A DNA stretch of 64,000 nucleotides, from positions 1 to 64,000 of the forward strand of contig QPGO01000132.1 in NCBI GenBank assembly GCA_008632985.1. The letters run 5' to 3'. Source of the DNA: Psammoneis japonica. Taxonomy: Eukaryota. Below are positions 34,012-47,142 of the stretch, in pieces. The translations under genes and the position numbers were made by a program. Within the stretch, counting starts at the first letter, position 1. Every line of letters starts with the position of its first letter. The notes beneath the pieces are model-generated. The model had not been told where the DNA came from. It searched no databases and worked only from the letters and a program-made list of their open reading frames with translations.

Positions 34012-37000
34012 CTTGGCCGATGAAATGATCACGCACTGGCATGTGGCAACAAGGTGGAGGCAGAAATGGTGATGTGGAGACAGTGAAAAATGGCACACAT
34101 GATTCTCAATGAGTCATTGCAACATTGGTGTGCCAAACTTGCAACCAGAGGTTGGCCTTTCATCACATGACAACAATTTTTTGCAACATTTTGACAAATT
34201 GTCATCATGCAAATCTGCACATTTTTAACATTTCGTGCACTCTGATGACCGTGGCATGTCAAAATGTTCCTTTTCCATTGGCCTGAGCAAAGAGCTCCGT
34301 CTCATGGTGCTGTCGGGTTGGATGGGTTGGTCAACATGATGTGGATTGTGCACATGAAGAGCACAAGCCTTGTGAAATCTTGGGGCTGCTGCTGAGCCAT
34401 CTGGTTTGCTTTCCCGTGGCAAATTGCATCCCAGCCGTGACAAAGGCCTGCAAGTGTGATGCCAATGAAGACCGTGACTTGGATGTGACATTTTGCAAGA
34501 AATTTCAGGGGTTGAATCCTTGGCGCTTTTGTGAGAATCCCGACAAGCATCTGCCATGCACTCACACAGGTTTGAGTCATCTGCAACAGCTTGTTGACAG
34601 TGGGACATGTTGCCTGTCAAGCAGGATGCATCAAAATGCACCCTCTGTCAGCAAGAGTGGGAGTGGTTCTCCACATGCAAGCTTGCTCTGACATTTGATG
34701 ATGGGGACAAGGTTGGTCACAGCATTGTCAAATTCATCATCAAATCAATTCTTCAATGGCACCAGAAGGATCCTGAGAGACGCTGTTGGAATCAAGCATT
34801 GGCACCCGGCTGCAGCAACAAAGGTTGCTCTGACTGTGAAGCCTGCAAAGCATGGCACATGTTGCTGGAAATGGCGGGAAAATTCCGCCCCCAGCTCATT
34901 CATTAATTTTGTTACATTGGCGAGCAACATGTGACCCGTTGTGTCAATGAAGACAACTCAAATGTAGATGTGGGCTGAAGGGTTTGGCCCTCTGTCATCC
35001 AGACCTTCTGAAGGTTGTTGAAAAAGTCGAGTGTTGGATTGCCACAGGCTTCAACAGAAAAAGAGGCAATTTTGTGAGTGCACAAACTCCTCCACACTCA
35101 GAGGACATCATTTTTGGTTTGTCCAGGTGTGAAACAATGTTGTCGAAGTGTGTGTGCACAATGTGCAGTGCATGATCAAAGTGGCGCAAGGTTCCACCTG
35201 CAGTGGAGAGCTGGAGCCAACCTGCAGAACACACATGTGGGCTGAAAAACAATGCTGCAAGTGCACCACAGAAGGACTCAACAAAACTGTGATCAGCATC
35301 CTTCCCTTGCAAACACAAACACATTGCTGGCAAGCTCAGGTGCTGATTTTGGCACCACTGGAAATGTGCCAGCCAACAGCAGCAGTCGCGGTGCCAGCTG
35401 CAGCATGGATTAGATGCAACAAAGAAAATTCTTTTCAAGAGGATCTCTGTCCAGAGAATCCTGGTGCACACTTTTGTCAGAAGCCAGTTTGAAGACAGAA
35501 CAATGAGCTCATTTTCTCAACCAGGGACATTGGGCAGTTTGTTGGTTTGACTGGAGAAAAAAAAACTCAGCAATGTGGCCAATGGACCCACTCAGATGAA
35601 AACTTGCTTGGCCAGCAAAGATGGCAAGTGCACTTCTCACTTCTGCCCCTTTGCCTCCAGCAGCAGCTGTGCTTGGCCAACTGCTGCCCATGTTGTGCTG
35701 GCTTTCAGCATTGACTTTTGCAGTTGCTTTCCTGTGCCAGTGCATGTTCATTTTGTGTTGGAAACAAAGCCAGCAAAATCAGCTGTGCACACAGCCATCC
35801 AACAGCAACACAACAGCTCTCACTCAGCAAAACATGCACATTCTTGCCAAATTCATTGCACACAATGGGGGGGAGCACTGATGGGGTTTGTTCTGAGGAC
35901 GGAGGTTTGAGGCAGAGATGTGGTCATTGAAACACATCCATCCACTGAGTTGTTTGATGGCTGTGCCCCACAAAATTCACCTGCTCACTGCTTGTCAGTT
36001 GTTGATCCTCCAAGAATGCTCCAAGACCAAAATGACACCAGCCTGCCCACCAACCATGTCACTTCAATGAGTGAGCACTCATTTCCGCCCACATGCTTGC
36101 ACTTCTAAGTTTCTGAAAGAGTTGATGCTCAGTGCACAATGCATGGTGCTGCATGGGCCACACAGCTGGCCCCACCTTTTGCTTTCAATCACTGCATTGT
36201 CGCCTCATTCTTTCTGCTCCAAGCAGCAACATTTTGTGCAAAAGTTGTGTTTCACAAGCCAGGATCATCCACAGGTGTGGGCCCCAACAAGAAGAAATCC
36301 ATGACATGCCTCTCAAAAAGTTGGGTCAAAAGTTCTGAGAAATGCAGCTCTTGAACTGGTTCATGAAGACTCAAAGGATGAGTGCACTTTGCTGCTTTAA
36401 CAAGCTTTTCTAGATAAAATGATGATGCAGTGGATCTGACTTTGCCAAAAGGGGCAAAGAAATTCTGTTGCATGCACAAAACCTTTCCTCCAGCTCCCCA
36501 TGGTCAACCAGACAATCAAGCTCAAAATGCAACTGAAGAAGATGTGTGAAGCAGTCTGTTGAGTGCTTGTTGGGTTGAAGAAGTCAGATCTGCCAACAAC
36601 AACCACCAACTTCTGCAGTTGAGACAAACAAGCTGCAAGAAGCTTGGGAAGCATCTTGCTGATGAGCAGGTGGAGCAAGAACTTCTTGCTTGTGGTGCTG
36701 ACAAGGACAAGAAGGATCCAACAAATCACATTGTGAGCATCAACCAGAGCCACCCAGATCCAAAGCCCCATCACCAGGAATGGACTGGTGGCTCATCAAA
36801 GAAGAAAGTGGCCATTGTCAGTTTCCCAGACTGGAGATGTTTTCCACATTTTGAAATGCTGGACATTGGTTGGGTGGAGCTGAAGTTGCTGCAGAAGCAT
36901 GGCATGCCAATTGTGCCTCACAGATTTCATTGATGGCAGGATGTGCATCACAGATTGGATTGCTTTTGGGCAGTGGAACGTCAGTCTGTTCGCTCAAGTG

Positions 37001-38462
37001 AAGATCAATGTGTGCCAATGCCAACACCATCTTCTGGATCTGCGCTGCATCTTGAACTCCCAAGTGATGAGCAAGGTTGCTGCTCTGTCATCTCCTGTGC
37101 CAACTTGCCCAAAGGCTGTCCTCAGAAACTCAAAAGAAGCTCATCAGCCAAGTCCATTCTCAGATTTTCCATCACAGAGATGCTTGCTCGCCTTGCTCTT
37201 GGAGCCATCAATGCATGTTCTTGGTTGGGGCACACAGTTTTCACTTGACTCAAATTCAACAGGATGTGTTTTCCCCCTCACATTGCGTGCATGCAAGGAT
37301 TGTGTGGATGTGGGCAGAAACAACATTGATGCTCATGTTGCAACACCCAGGCTTAAAAGTTTGGGAGTGCACATGGCAGACCAAGTGACCAACTTGATGG
37401 GAAATGCTTGGTGTTGTGTCAGGCTGTGCCAACATTCCTCAATCCCAGCACGCAGCTGCATCTCTAGTTCTTCATGTTTGCATGGCATCCTTTTGATCAT
37501 GTGCCATGTTGATGTGATGAATGAGTTCAAAAAGTCTGGTGTGGTGGCAACAAAGCCACTGAAAACCTCAGCAAGAAAGACTTGAGTGCCAGCATCAAAG
37601 ATGCAAGGTTCCAAGATTTGTTGCCAGAGATGCTTCTTGGCAAGTGGCTGGACATCATCATCAAGAAAGATTTTGAAGTGCCCAAATCCTTGGCATTTTG
37701 GTCAAGTTGCCCCAGGTGGTTCAAATCTTTGAGCCACCACATTGTCAACCAGCAGACAGAGCTGTTGTTGGAAATAAAAAGCATGCTGCAGACAGTGTTG
37801 AAAGAGAGGGTGGAAGACTGGCAACGGCTGACACTGTCTTTGGAGGGCAAGGGTTCTGTGCAGGAAAACAAAAAGAGCCAGCTGCAGGAGCAAGACTTGT
37901 GCAGAGTCAAGACCAAGCTTGCAATTTAAAGATGCCAGAGTTGTCAAACAGGGTGGGAAGGCACCATCCATCTGAAGCATCTGTTGTCAACCCGCAGTTG
38001 CTCCTGGAGCCTGCACCTCAAAGATCTCCACCATCTGACTCAATCATGCCAGAAGCACTGGTGCACCACAGGGCTTGTGCAAAGTTTGTGCTGAGAACAA
38101 AAAGGCAACAAAGACAAACCAGTGCTGCATGCTCTGCAGGACTCAAAGAGAAACAGCTGTGCTGCTGGTGGGAGGACACCCAGGGACTGGAAGAGTGTGT
38201 GTCTGCAAAGCACATTGTGGAGAAATCAAACCTCAAATGTGTCTTGGAACTTGTTGAAAAAGTCACCACCAGCAATGAAAAGAAGATGCTGAGAATGTTG
38301 GTGGTGGGAACAATGGAGCTGGAGGCATGTGCGCCACAGCAGTGCCACTCAGAAATGCTGCATGACCCAAGAAATGTGTCTCCACAAAGAAGCAAGGCAA
38401 AGATCTAGAAGTTGAAAGGCAGAGAAAAAAAAACAGCAAATGCCAAGAGAGCCACGCACCAG

Positions 38463-38911
38463 GTGCAACACACAGCTGCTGACAAGAGTCAATGCATCAC
38501 GGTGACGTGTTGCAGCCTTTAAATGTCACAAAGGGCGTGACAAAAACAACCTTTTGTCTGCATGCATGCTGCACCATGAATTCACAATGGAGTGGTGCAT
38601 CGCAACCACTGGGCAGGAGGCCAGGGGTTCGAAACCCTGAGTGGGAGTTGTCTGCAGCAACGTTGATCACTGTCGAGCGCGTAAAACTCTGTGCAGTTCT
38701 GTGTGTTCCTTCGCACGTGCCCACACTGTTCCGCCAAAACCGTGCAGTGTCAGCACACGTTAGCAAAGAGCCGCATGGACGCGTGATGCATGGGGAGGAG
38801 TGCAACACACAGCTGCCAATGAGAGCCAATGTGTCACGGCGACGTGTTGCAGCCTTTAAATGTCACAAAGGGCGTGACAAAAATGACCTTTTGTCTGCAT
38901 GCACACTGCAC
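38463..38911 (+). repeat. 112-bp direct repeat (38463-38574 and 38800-38911)
   Basis: gtgcaacacacagctgc...gacgtgttgcagcctttaaatgtcacaaagggcgtgacaaaaa...ctgcac occurs twice without gaps. Confidence 0.9.
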
Positions 38912-40908
38912 AGGCAACTGCACAAGAAAGTGCTCAAGACTGCCTTGCTCAGAAAAAAATGCGCTTGGCCTGGAAACAAATCTGCCAGCTCATTTTTTCC
39001 ATGACTCACAACTCCACATTTGGCATTGTCATGATTTCATCATGCAAGAGTTGTTTTGTGATTGCAAGTGTCCTGTGGGTGCAGCAGCATGAGTTGTGGT
39101 TTCTCATGGTGTTGACATGTCGCACAAATTTTGTTGATTTTTGACCTTTTCACAAAAAGCACTTTGAGCCAGCCTGCTCAAATTGACCATGTGCATCTTG
39201 CAATTTGGGAGGAAGAAAGAGCTCAGACACCAATGCCAAGGTCTGCACACTCACATGCGTGCAGACCTCAACATCAAATTTCATGTGTGAGAAATTTGTC
39301 AGCTTCAGAGCACTGCATTTAGCTCCACAAGCCACACCCGCATGCTGGGAGCTTTCTTTTGAGAGCCTCTGCAGACTGCAGCAGCAACTGGCAGGTTGTC
39401 AAATGGCGTGGGTTGGCACACAACACAATGATGTTGCTGAGATGCAGATGGTCATTTTCTGAGCAAATGGCCTGTGTGTGCTGTCAAGTTCACAGCACAC
39501 ATGAGAAGTTGCTGACAATGAAGGGTTGCTTTCCCCCTGTGTGCACTGTGAACATGCACGCAAATCTCCCTCATGTGTGCTGCAGCATGATGTCCACAAT
39601 GATTGTCATTTGAGCGATTGCACCTCATGTGTGGTGCAAGTCTCACACCACACACAAGGGGGGAGATGTCGCCAAGTTTTGCCGCACATGAAGGCAAATT
39701 TGTCACATGCTCAATGGGGCAATTTCTAGACTCATCATGCCTTGCACCTTGTCATTTTAATCAAGTTAGTCAAACACAGCTTTAAACCACCATGATGCAG
39801 TGCACATGGAGAGGACAGATCTTGTGGCTCAAATGTCGCCAGTCGTGAGCTTCTTGCCAGTGCCGCTGGTGCTTGGTGCATTGCAAGCAGCACGACAGTG
39901 TGCTCTCTTGAGCCGCTGTCTGGCCAAAGCTGCACAAAGTTGGTTTGCTTCTCTCTGTGTGGCTTTTTGACTTTGCTTGTGCTGTCCTCAGTGCCACACA
40001 AGCAAGCCTTTGTTTTCTCATGCTGCTTGTCATTTCTGGCTGCTCTTTTCATCTTTTCTTTTTGTTGTTGCTCTGGCTGCTTGCTGCTCCAACTTGTGCA
40101 GGGCTGCTTTCTGCTGCCACTGCTTTTGACAATCTTGGCATTTTTGTGGAGAAGTGCTGCTGTGCTGGGAGCTCTGTGCTGAAGCTGCAACGATGATTTT
40201 CCAGCTCTGCTGAGAGGCAATGGAGTGCACGCTTGTGCTCTCATTTGACAGAGGCAGTGCGCGGCAGCAGAGAGACATCTTCAGAGCAAGCTCCAATGCT
40301 TCCACATGCTTGAAGATTTTGAAAAAAGCACCGAGGCAGTCCTTTGTGATGCAGCTCTTGACAAAAACTGGGTTGCACCCCAAAGTGGTGCTGAAAACAT
40401 TTTGTGAGGTGCTGCTTGGTCGTGGACAACAGCAACCACATGGGGGGCTTCTTGGCTGGCCAGCTGGGGTGGCAACAAGTTCTTGCTGGGTTGTGCTGCT
40501 GCAGAGCATCTCAACTGCTTGCTTTTGGCACCCAAAACAGCCTCACAATTCTCCCTTGTGGCACCTTGTTCATCCCTTCCGCCTCTGTTTCTTCAAGCTG
40601 CAGCACACAGGGTCGGCTTTTTTTTCGACTCCTGGCAGCTTCTTGCTTCTGCACAAACTCCTTGTGTCTGCACCCGACACTTTGCTTCACAAATTGTTCC
40701 TTGTCCTTGAGCGCCAAAGCTGTCTTCGGTGGTGCTTGTGAAAAATCATCAGCTCACCCCACATAAAATCCGGGTTGCTTCTAGCTGGCTCCACTCGAGT
40801 CGAATCAATCAAAAGTTACCAAATGGCCAGCAATTTGCGTGCGAAGTTCGCGCGATTGTCGCGCAAAGGCTCACGGTGGGGTGAAGGCTTTTGGCTTTTG
40901 CGGCCACC

Positions 40909-41637
40909 ATGACAACGACAGCGATGACTCCAGAGCAACTCAGAGCCGTGACACTGCTAGATGAAGACGAGGAGCCGGTCGCATCGAAAAGTGTGATTGG
41001 AGAAGTGAACGAGGAGCGCCGTCGCGTCTGGTTGTCGCGACTAAATCAAGATGAGCAAGAGCAGTTGAAGCCGGCGGATAAACTCGTTGCCGTGTCCTGT
41101 GTGGGCGGTCGCGGACCCCTTGAACATGCTGTAAGAGTACGAGACGGCGTAGGTACTCCTCTTTTGCTCGAGTGCAAGGTATCCTACGAAGAGTTACCTC
41201 CTTCCATGCTAGTCGAGTACACGTTTGATAATGCTACGTGGCGTCTCTCTTTCGTCTGTCTCGACTATTTGTTGAGTTTTCGCAAGTCCAAATTTCAAGA
41301 TTGGGAAAAGCGAATAACTAACCCTACTTGTAAGGCTGAACTGAAGCGTATGCTGGCGATTGGGGTCGTGACGCGCGTCTACGACCACTACATGTTTCCA
41401 TCCACTGAAGCAGAAATGCAGGACTATCAAGTGACAGATGAAAATGGCAAGACCGTCGTTTTACCAAGGCCTGTGGCGGCCTTGCGCATTTGGTCAACTG
41501 AGAAACAAGCATATGAACCTGTAGATGCGACACTGGACGGTGCTCCAGATGATACCGAGGGGTACTGGAAACAGCTCATTGCGAAACTCAAGACTGAATA
41601 TCCTGACGAAGTAGAGGAGCTCTTGAGTGCGACATAG
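40909..41637 (+). CDS. Hypothetical protein (242 aa), intact gene island
   Basis: Uninterrupted ORF with natural amino-acid composition and normal Tyr and TA content. Good ATG context (gccaccATG). Confidence 0.75.
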   Translation: MTTTAMTPEQLRAVTLLDEDEEPVASKSVIGEVNEERRRVWLSRLNQDEQEQLKPADKLVAVSCVGGRGPLEHAVRVRDGVGTPLLLECKVSYEELPPSMLVEYTFDNATWRLSFVCLDYLLSFRKSKFQDWEKRITNPTCKAELKRMLAIGVVTRVYDHYMFPSTEAEMQDYQVTDENGKTVVLPRPVAALRIWSTEKQAYEPVDATLDGAPDDTEGYWKQLIAKLKTEYPDEVEELLSAT

Positions 41638-42308
41638 TTCAGTGTATCACACTAGAAGTAGCTGGGACGTATTGGAGCAGTCAATGCCTGGCGGGGGTAT
41701 TGACATTGACTGGGATGGCAAGAGAATGAGACACTCTTGAAATTAGTTGAGTAAGACAAGAACTCATGGAATGAACGATACCATTAATTTATTATCATCA
41801 CTTTTGATTACATCGTTCTCCATCATACTTGTGACTCGTGACGCTGTTTATCGATGAGGCCGTTAGACTGGGGTGAGCCTTCGTTAAAACGTCTCTACGC
41901 TTGATCTCCCTGGCATGGAACCAGCCATCTCAGATCTCAGTGCTAATGGCACAAATGGGTGTTCTTCTGGGAATTGCCTTGAGCATGACAAACGCAAGTC
42001 CACAAATCTCTCCACTCCTTGGGGCACGCTGAATTAACAGGATTTGCCAAATCTGCAAAAAGCACTGTGAATCTACCAACTGTTGCCTGCTGCAGAACAT
42101 GGATCCATGCTGCAGAAGAGCCATTGTGGCATCTGTCTTTTGGCCTTGCTTGGGCAACTGATTCATTCTTTGAGAGCTGCTTTTGCTTCCTTTGCTCACT
42201 CTGCCACATCTTCTGATGCTCATTGCTGGAACCCCCCGGAGGTCAAGATCTTCACTTCACATGCAGGTTGAAACAAGCCCGCAGACCAAAGGTGGATGCC
42301 AGCAGTTC

Positions 42309-42334
42309 CTCTCTCTCTCTCTCTCTCTCTCTCT
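42309..42334. repeat. (CT)n microsatellite
   Basis: About 13 CT units. Confidence 0.9.
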
Positions 42335-45300
42335 TGGGGCTCTAGAGATTCTTGCCTCTTGATGCCTCATCAGCAAGGGACAAGCAAGGGCGGGTCTTGA
42401 CAGTCTCAAAGCAACTGGCAGAGCTGGATGGGGAACTGGCAGAGCAAGAGAGGGGGTTCATTGTGTGGGCAGTGTTGGTCAATTGATCAAAGAGGGACTC
42501 CTGGAGAGTTGTGCGGCTCTGGAAAACCATTCAAATACAAAAACGAAGGCGTGAACATTGAGGTTGATGAAGGATTCATCTCATCAGAACACCTGGCATT
42601 TGATGTGGAATCCAGACATCAAGAAAGTGAGTGGGGTCACAGTCAAGGGCAATGAATTTGATCAGACCTTGTTTCTGAAATTTGTTGGGAAATGGAAGAT
42701 GGGGAGGCAAAGTGCTTCGTGAAATGCGCCAATGAGGAGACAGGCCACGCCTTAGTTTGCCAATCACTCAGGGACACCATCAATGTGTTCAGCGGCAAAG
42801 ATGCACTTGAAAAACATTTTGGATTGACCACATTTGGTTTGTGTCCAGACCTTGTCCTTGTGATCTGCACCAGACTGGGGAGCACTCCAATTGACAAAGT
42901 GAAGAATCCAAGCAAAGATGACTGCAAGGTTTTCAGCAGCAAAATTGCAAAACAGGTGCATGACCATCTTGCTCAAGGTCATGGAGAGAATTGAGCATGC
43001 TGCACCATTCATGTTGGTGATGATGCATGAGGAGCTTGCACTTGCAAAACTCAATCAGGAGAATGAAAAGCATTCTCAAGTCACGCAAGAGAGTGCTGCA
43101 CACATTGCCAAAGTGTTCAACCACCGGGAAAATTGTTCAAGAGGAAAAAAAAAGGGGAAACAAAGCCTCCGGCCAGTCCACCCAGAAAATTGCCACAAGA
43201 CAATTTGAGTTCTGAAAATTTGACCATTCTTCTCCTGGTGATTGATGCTGGTGACCAGGTGAACAACAAAGATGAGGATGAAGCCTTTGAAGATGGAGAC
43301 AAGGCAGCACAGGCCTGATGTTGTGTGCTCAAAGATTTTTGGATGGCCACATGTTGTGAAGGCATTGATCCTTGCTGCAGTTTGTGGGCACAGAATTGCT
43401 GAAAAATGTGAAACCAAGTGACAAGGGGACAGCAGGTGCCTTGAGTGGAGCAGCCACCTTGCCGGCAGAAGACCAAGTCATGGAGTCATGGAAAAACAGG
43501 ACATGCCTTTTGCTTGCCAAAACACATTGAGGTGGAAGAAATGCAGCAAAGAGATCCCACACCAACAGTTCCCTGGAGGAAAGTCAAAAAGCTTTTTCCT
43601 GTTTGAGGCCTCCTGTGTGGCAAAGATGATGAAAAAAGTCTTCCCACACATGGCATTTTGTTGTGATGCAAGATCTGAGTGCACAATGATTTGGCACAAT
43701 TGCCTGCTTGCATGACCCCGCATTTTCGTGCTGCAAAGCAGGCTCATGATTTTCCCACCAGCACTTTTGTTGCACATCTCTGTTTTTGCCACTTGTCAGT
43801 GCATGGGGCATTTGTTTCACTTTTGTTTGGATTTTTGAAATGCAGTTCTTGCACTGTGCTTGCTTGAAAAAAAGAACCAGCACTTTTCACAAATGACAAC
43901 AATTTTCTCATTCTCACACTCCCTTGCAATTTCTCAAACATTGTTGCCACTCAAACAGCCAGCAGTGAAGTGCTTGAAACTGCGCCCATGCCAATGATTT
44001 GGTGAAGACAGCTCAGTCACCACAATGGGCTGTGCTTGGATTTTGGCATCCTCGCCCCCCATGGAAGCCCTTCTCCACATGGTTGCAATGGAGTTGTGCC
44101 CCAATGTGTTTGGTTTGGTGGCACAATTTCACAGCAAGTTGGCCAATTTGATGGCCCCCAAATCTTTTGCAAAATCCTGTGGGCCAATCAACTGGATGCC
44201 CTGCCCACACAAAAACTCAGCAGTCATGGGTTCTCACAGCCCAAATCACATCCCACATGGCTGCACTCAAAGCCATGACAAAGGCCAGAAATGACACCAA
44301 AAGAGCACTGAAAAGGAGTCACACAGATCTCTGTTCATTTTGAAAAGCAGGGGGTGTTTTGGTTTGACTGCTGGGCAGCACCACTTCCCAAAAGACTTGC
44401 GCTGGCAGCTCTTGCAGAGCTGTTGGTCAGTGCAATGCTGGCACTGGTGGCAGCTCAGGCCACCCCTCTTGTTCATCAGATTGGTTGGTGCCACCCTTTC
44501 TTTTCTTTCTGCCTTGCCCCCCTGCTGCAGGCTTGGTCACTTGCACCAAAACCAAAAAGTTGAGAATTGGACATTTTCATGACATTCCGCTGTTTGTGCT
44601 GCTTTTCTCATTGTGAGCAAAAGGCTTGCAAGTGAGCCAAGAGCATGTGACTCACCAAGCTCACTCTTGGGAAGACCAAGCATCCCTGCTCAACATTTCT
44701 GTTTGCCCACACATTGTCCATGGCACTTCTTGTTGATCTGCAACACCTTGATGCCCATGCAATGCCCACTCTCTGCCGCCCTCCTGGGAGATTCTTTTTC
44801 ACATTAGAGCTGCTCCTTGCACGTGCAAAGAAAATGTTTTGCATTCCTCTCAGTTGAGGAAAAAGTGGTGGCTGGCAATCATTGTTGATGCTGTGGAGTC
44901 TGCTTGAAAAGCAAAGCTGTGCTTTGAACACACAAAATCTGCAGCTGGCAGCTGCAGCACTGCCACAAAAATGCTGTCTTTTCTTGTCTCAAAATGCTGA
45001 CACCTCCTGCTCATCAAGTCATGCACTGCAAAAAAAAACTGGAAGTGGCCACCAGCAGAGTGCAGAGAAAGCAGCACCATTTTGCTGAAGATGTGCTCTG
45101 CTTCCCCCCCTGCAACGACAAATTTTTGAAAAAAGATGCAGACACTCCCCAGCACACAAGTGAGCTAAAGAGCTGCGTGCACTGTGTGTGTCCACAAGAA
45201 AGTGTGCTGCTGTTGTCAAACTCTTTGATGAGCTGTGCACACAGGTGGGGCACCTTTCATGAAGCTTTGTGGAGATGTCAAATGCTGATTTTCCTGAGAG

Positions 45301-46851
45301 AGTCTGCCTGCAACTTTCAAGAGGTCTTTGTTTAAAATGACACATGGCTTTTGACAGAGTCAAAGCCCACAAGTGTGCACCAAGTGGGTCATGTCACCAA
45401 TCACCTGCTTTTGTGCTAAAGGCTGGCTTGGGTGGCATCACCACCAAAGGCCTGCTGCAATGGCCACCTCCAAATTGGACAAAATCTAGCTCCTTGCTTG
45501 TTTTCAAAAAAATCTTCTCGACCGCTTCAACTTGAGACTGAACTGCAATCCACAGAAACAGCCAATCAGCCTTTGCAGCTGGCATCCTCAACATCATCCG
45601 GCCGCCAGAATGACGAACAGAAATCAAGCAGGACAACAAAGGCAATCTTCACCAACACACTGTCAGATTTGAGATTAACACTCTGCAGCAGAGGTCAAAG
45701 GAACTTGATCACAAATGTTTGTGAGTCAAACTTGTGCTCAGTGGAAACAGTGTGCTGAAAGCACCAAACTGTTACGCTGCAATCGATGTCCTTGGTGCAC
45801 AGTGCTGCATCGATGTTTGCAAAGTTAGAGACACTTGGGATCCGACAAACTAAAAAGCCAGAGAGCCAATCAACCCCCTCTGCACCTGTCCCCCAGTGCT
45901 CTGGAGAGAATCCTCTGTGGGGCTTGGACGCGTGCCGGCAAGGAAATCTGATGAAGGAGCTCCTCAAAATGACATCCCGTTGCACTGTTCAGCTCTCTCT
46001 ACTTTGAGTCTTTGCAGGCATTGCAGCAATTCTCTGGGCTGACCTGGTTCCACAAAAGATGCGCGAAACACTGTGAGTTGACAACCTGGAAAGCAGATCC
46101 AAAGTTTGGCTTGCCGTTTGCATTGCCAGGGGTTCGGAACATGGTTCGAACACAATCAGGGCTTTTTGGATCCCCGTGTCCTTTTGTGTCCACAACACTC
46201 AGCATCGCCTGTTCCTTGGACATGGCATCAACCGTGGCCTTCTTGTCCAACTTCCAGAGTTCTGGACTCTTGGCACACTCGAATGCCTCCCGCATCCGAC
46301 CACCAGTGTGTGATGGAAAATGTCCTCAAAAACTTCATCGGGAGAACAGCTGGAAGCAGATTTGTCATTGGCATCAGCATCGGCTTCATCAAGACATTCC
46401 ATTCCATCATCAGATTTTGTTGTTGCTGAAGCCGCTGCTGCTTTGCTGTCACCAGCTTGTTTTTTGCGGACTGGAATGTCCAAAGTGCACTCCAGCACTG
46501 AGCGCAGGTCCGGCTTTTCCCAGCCACTTAGAATGACCAGAGCAGATGATCTCATAGATTCTCCCTGAGGTGCATCATGTCCACTGCTTGTTGCAAGGCA
46601 ATGGTGTGGTTGACTCACATCTTCGTCACATTCGTGAGGACCATCAAGGAAAAAGAGGACTTCCTTGGCCAAAACTTTGATCTCTGCCTCATCAGGTGTG
46701 ACCCTCATGTGCTTTTGCAAAGCATCCTCCAACACATCTCCCACCATCCAGCATTTTTTCAACTTTCAATTGAAGTGAATCGTAGCCCACTCATTCTCTG
46801 TGTTGCCACTGACCTTCTTTCACATGAAAAACACACTCATGGGTTCTTGAA

Positions 46852-47127
46852 TGACAGAAATTGAAGGCAAATGGCAAGAATTCAAACAATGGCTCCTTGC
46901 TGCTGTCTAAACAGCAGATGAGTCTCCGCTCAGAGACCGTTGCAGGAGCCGAAAGACGTGCAAGTCGGTGCAATCGGGCTGCTGTCATCATTCTTGTGAG
47001 CCTTGTGGCTCGAAAGCAAACTACATCGCGTGCGAACGCGCAGAACTGAAGCACACAAAACTGTGTGCGGCAAACTAAACAGTGCGCGACATGTTGCGCG
47101 CACCCAAATCCTGTTCAAATCCTGTCA
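46852..47127 (-). repeat. 3' LTR
   Basis: Ungapped match to 53660-53935. Adjacent to a PPT-like tggggag on the minus strand. Confidence 0.96.
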
Positions 47128-47142
47128 CTCCCCAGTTTGCTT

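Larger units (their letters stand above)
27250..40780. other. Large TpA-depleted domain (transposon cluster)
   Basis: TA almost absent for 13.5 kb. CpG partly retained in 27500-34000 and largely lost in 34000-40780. Confidence 0.9.

Noticed and set aside
26..46850. Hundreds of 60-290 aa Cys/His/Gln-rich ORFs in the TA-depleted blocks
   Set aside because: They are by-products of lost TAA/TAG codons. They overlap in all frames, lack Tyr and show no recognisable domains.
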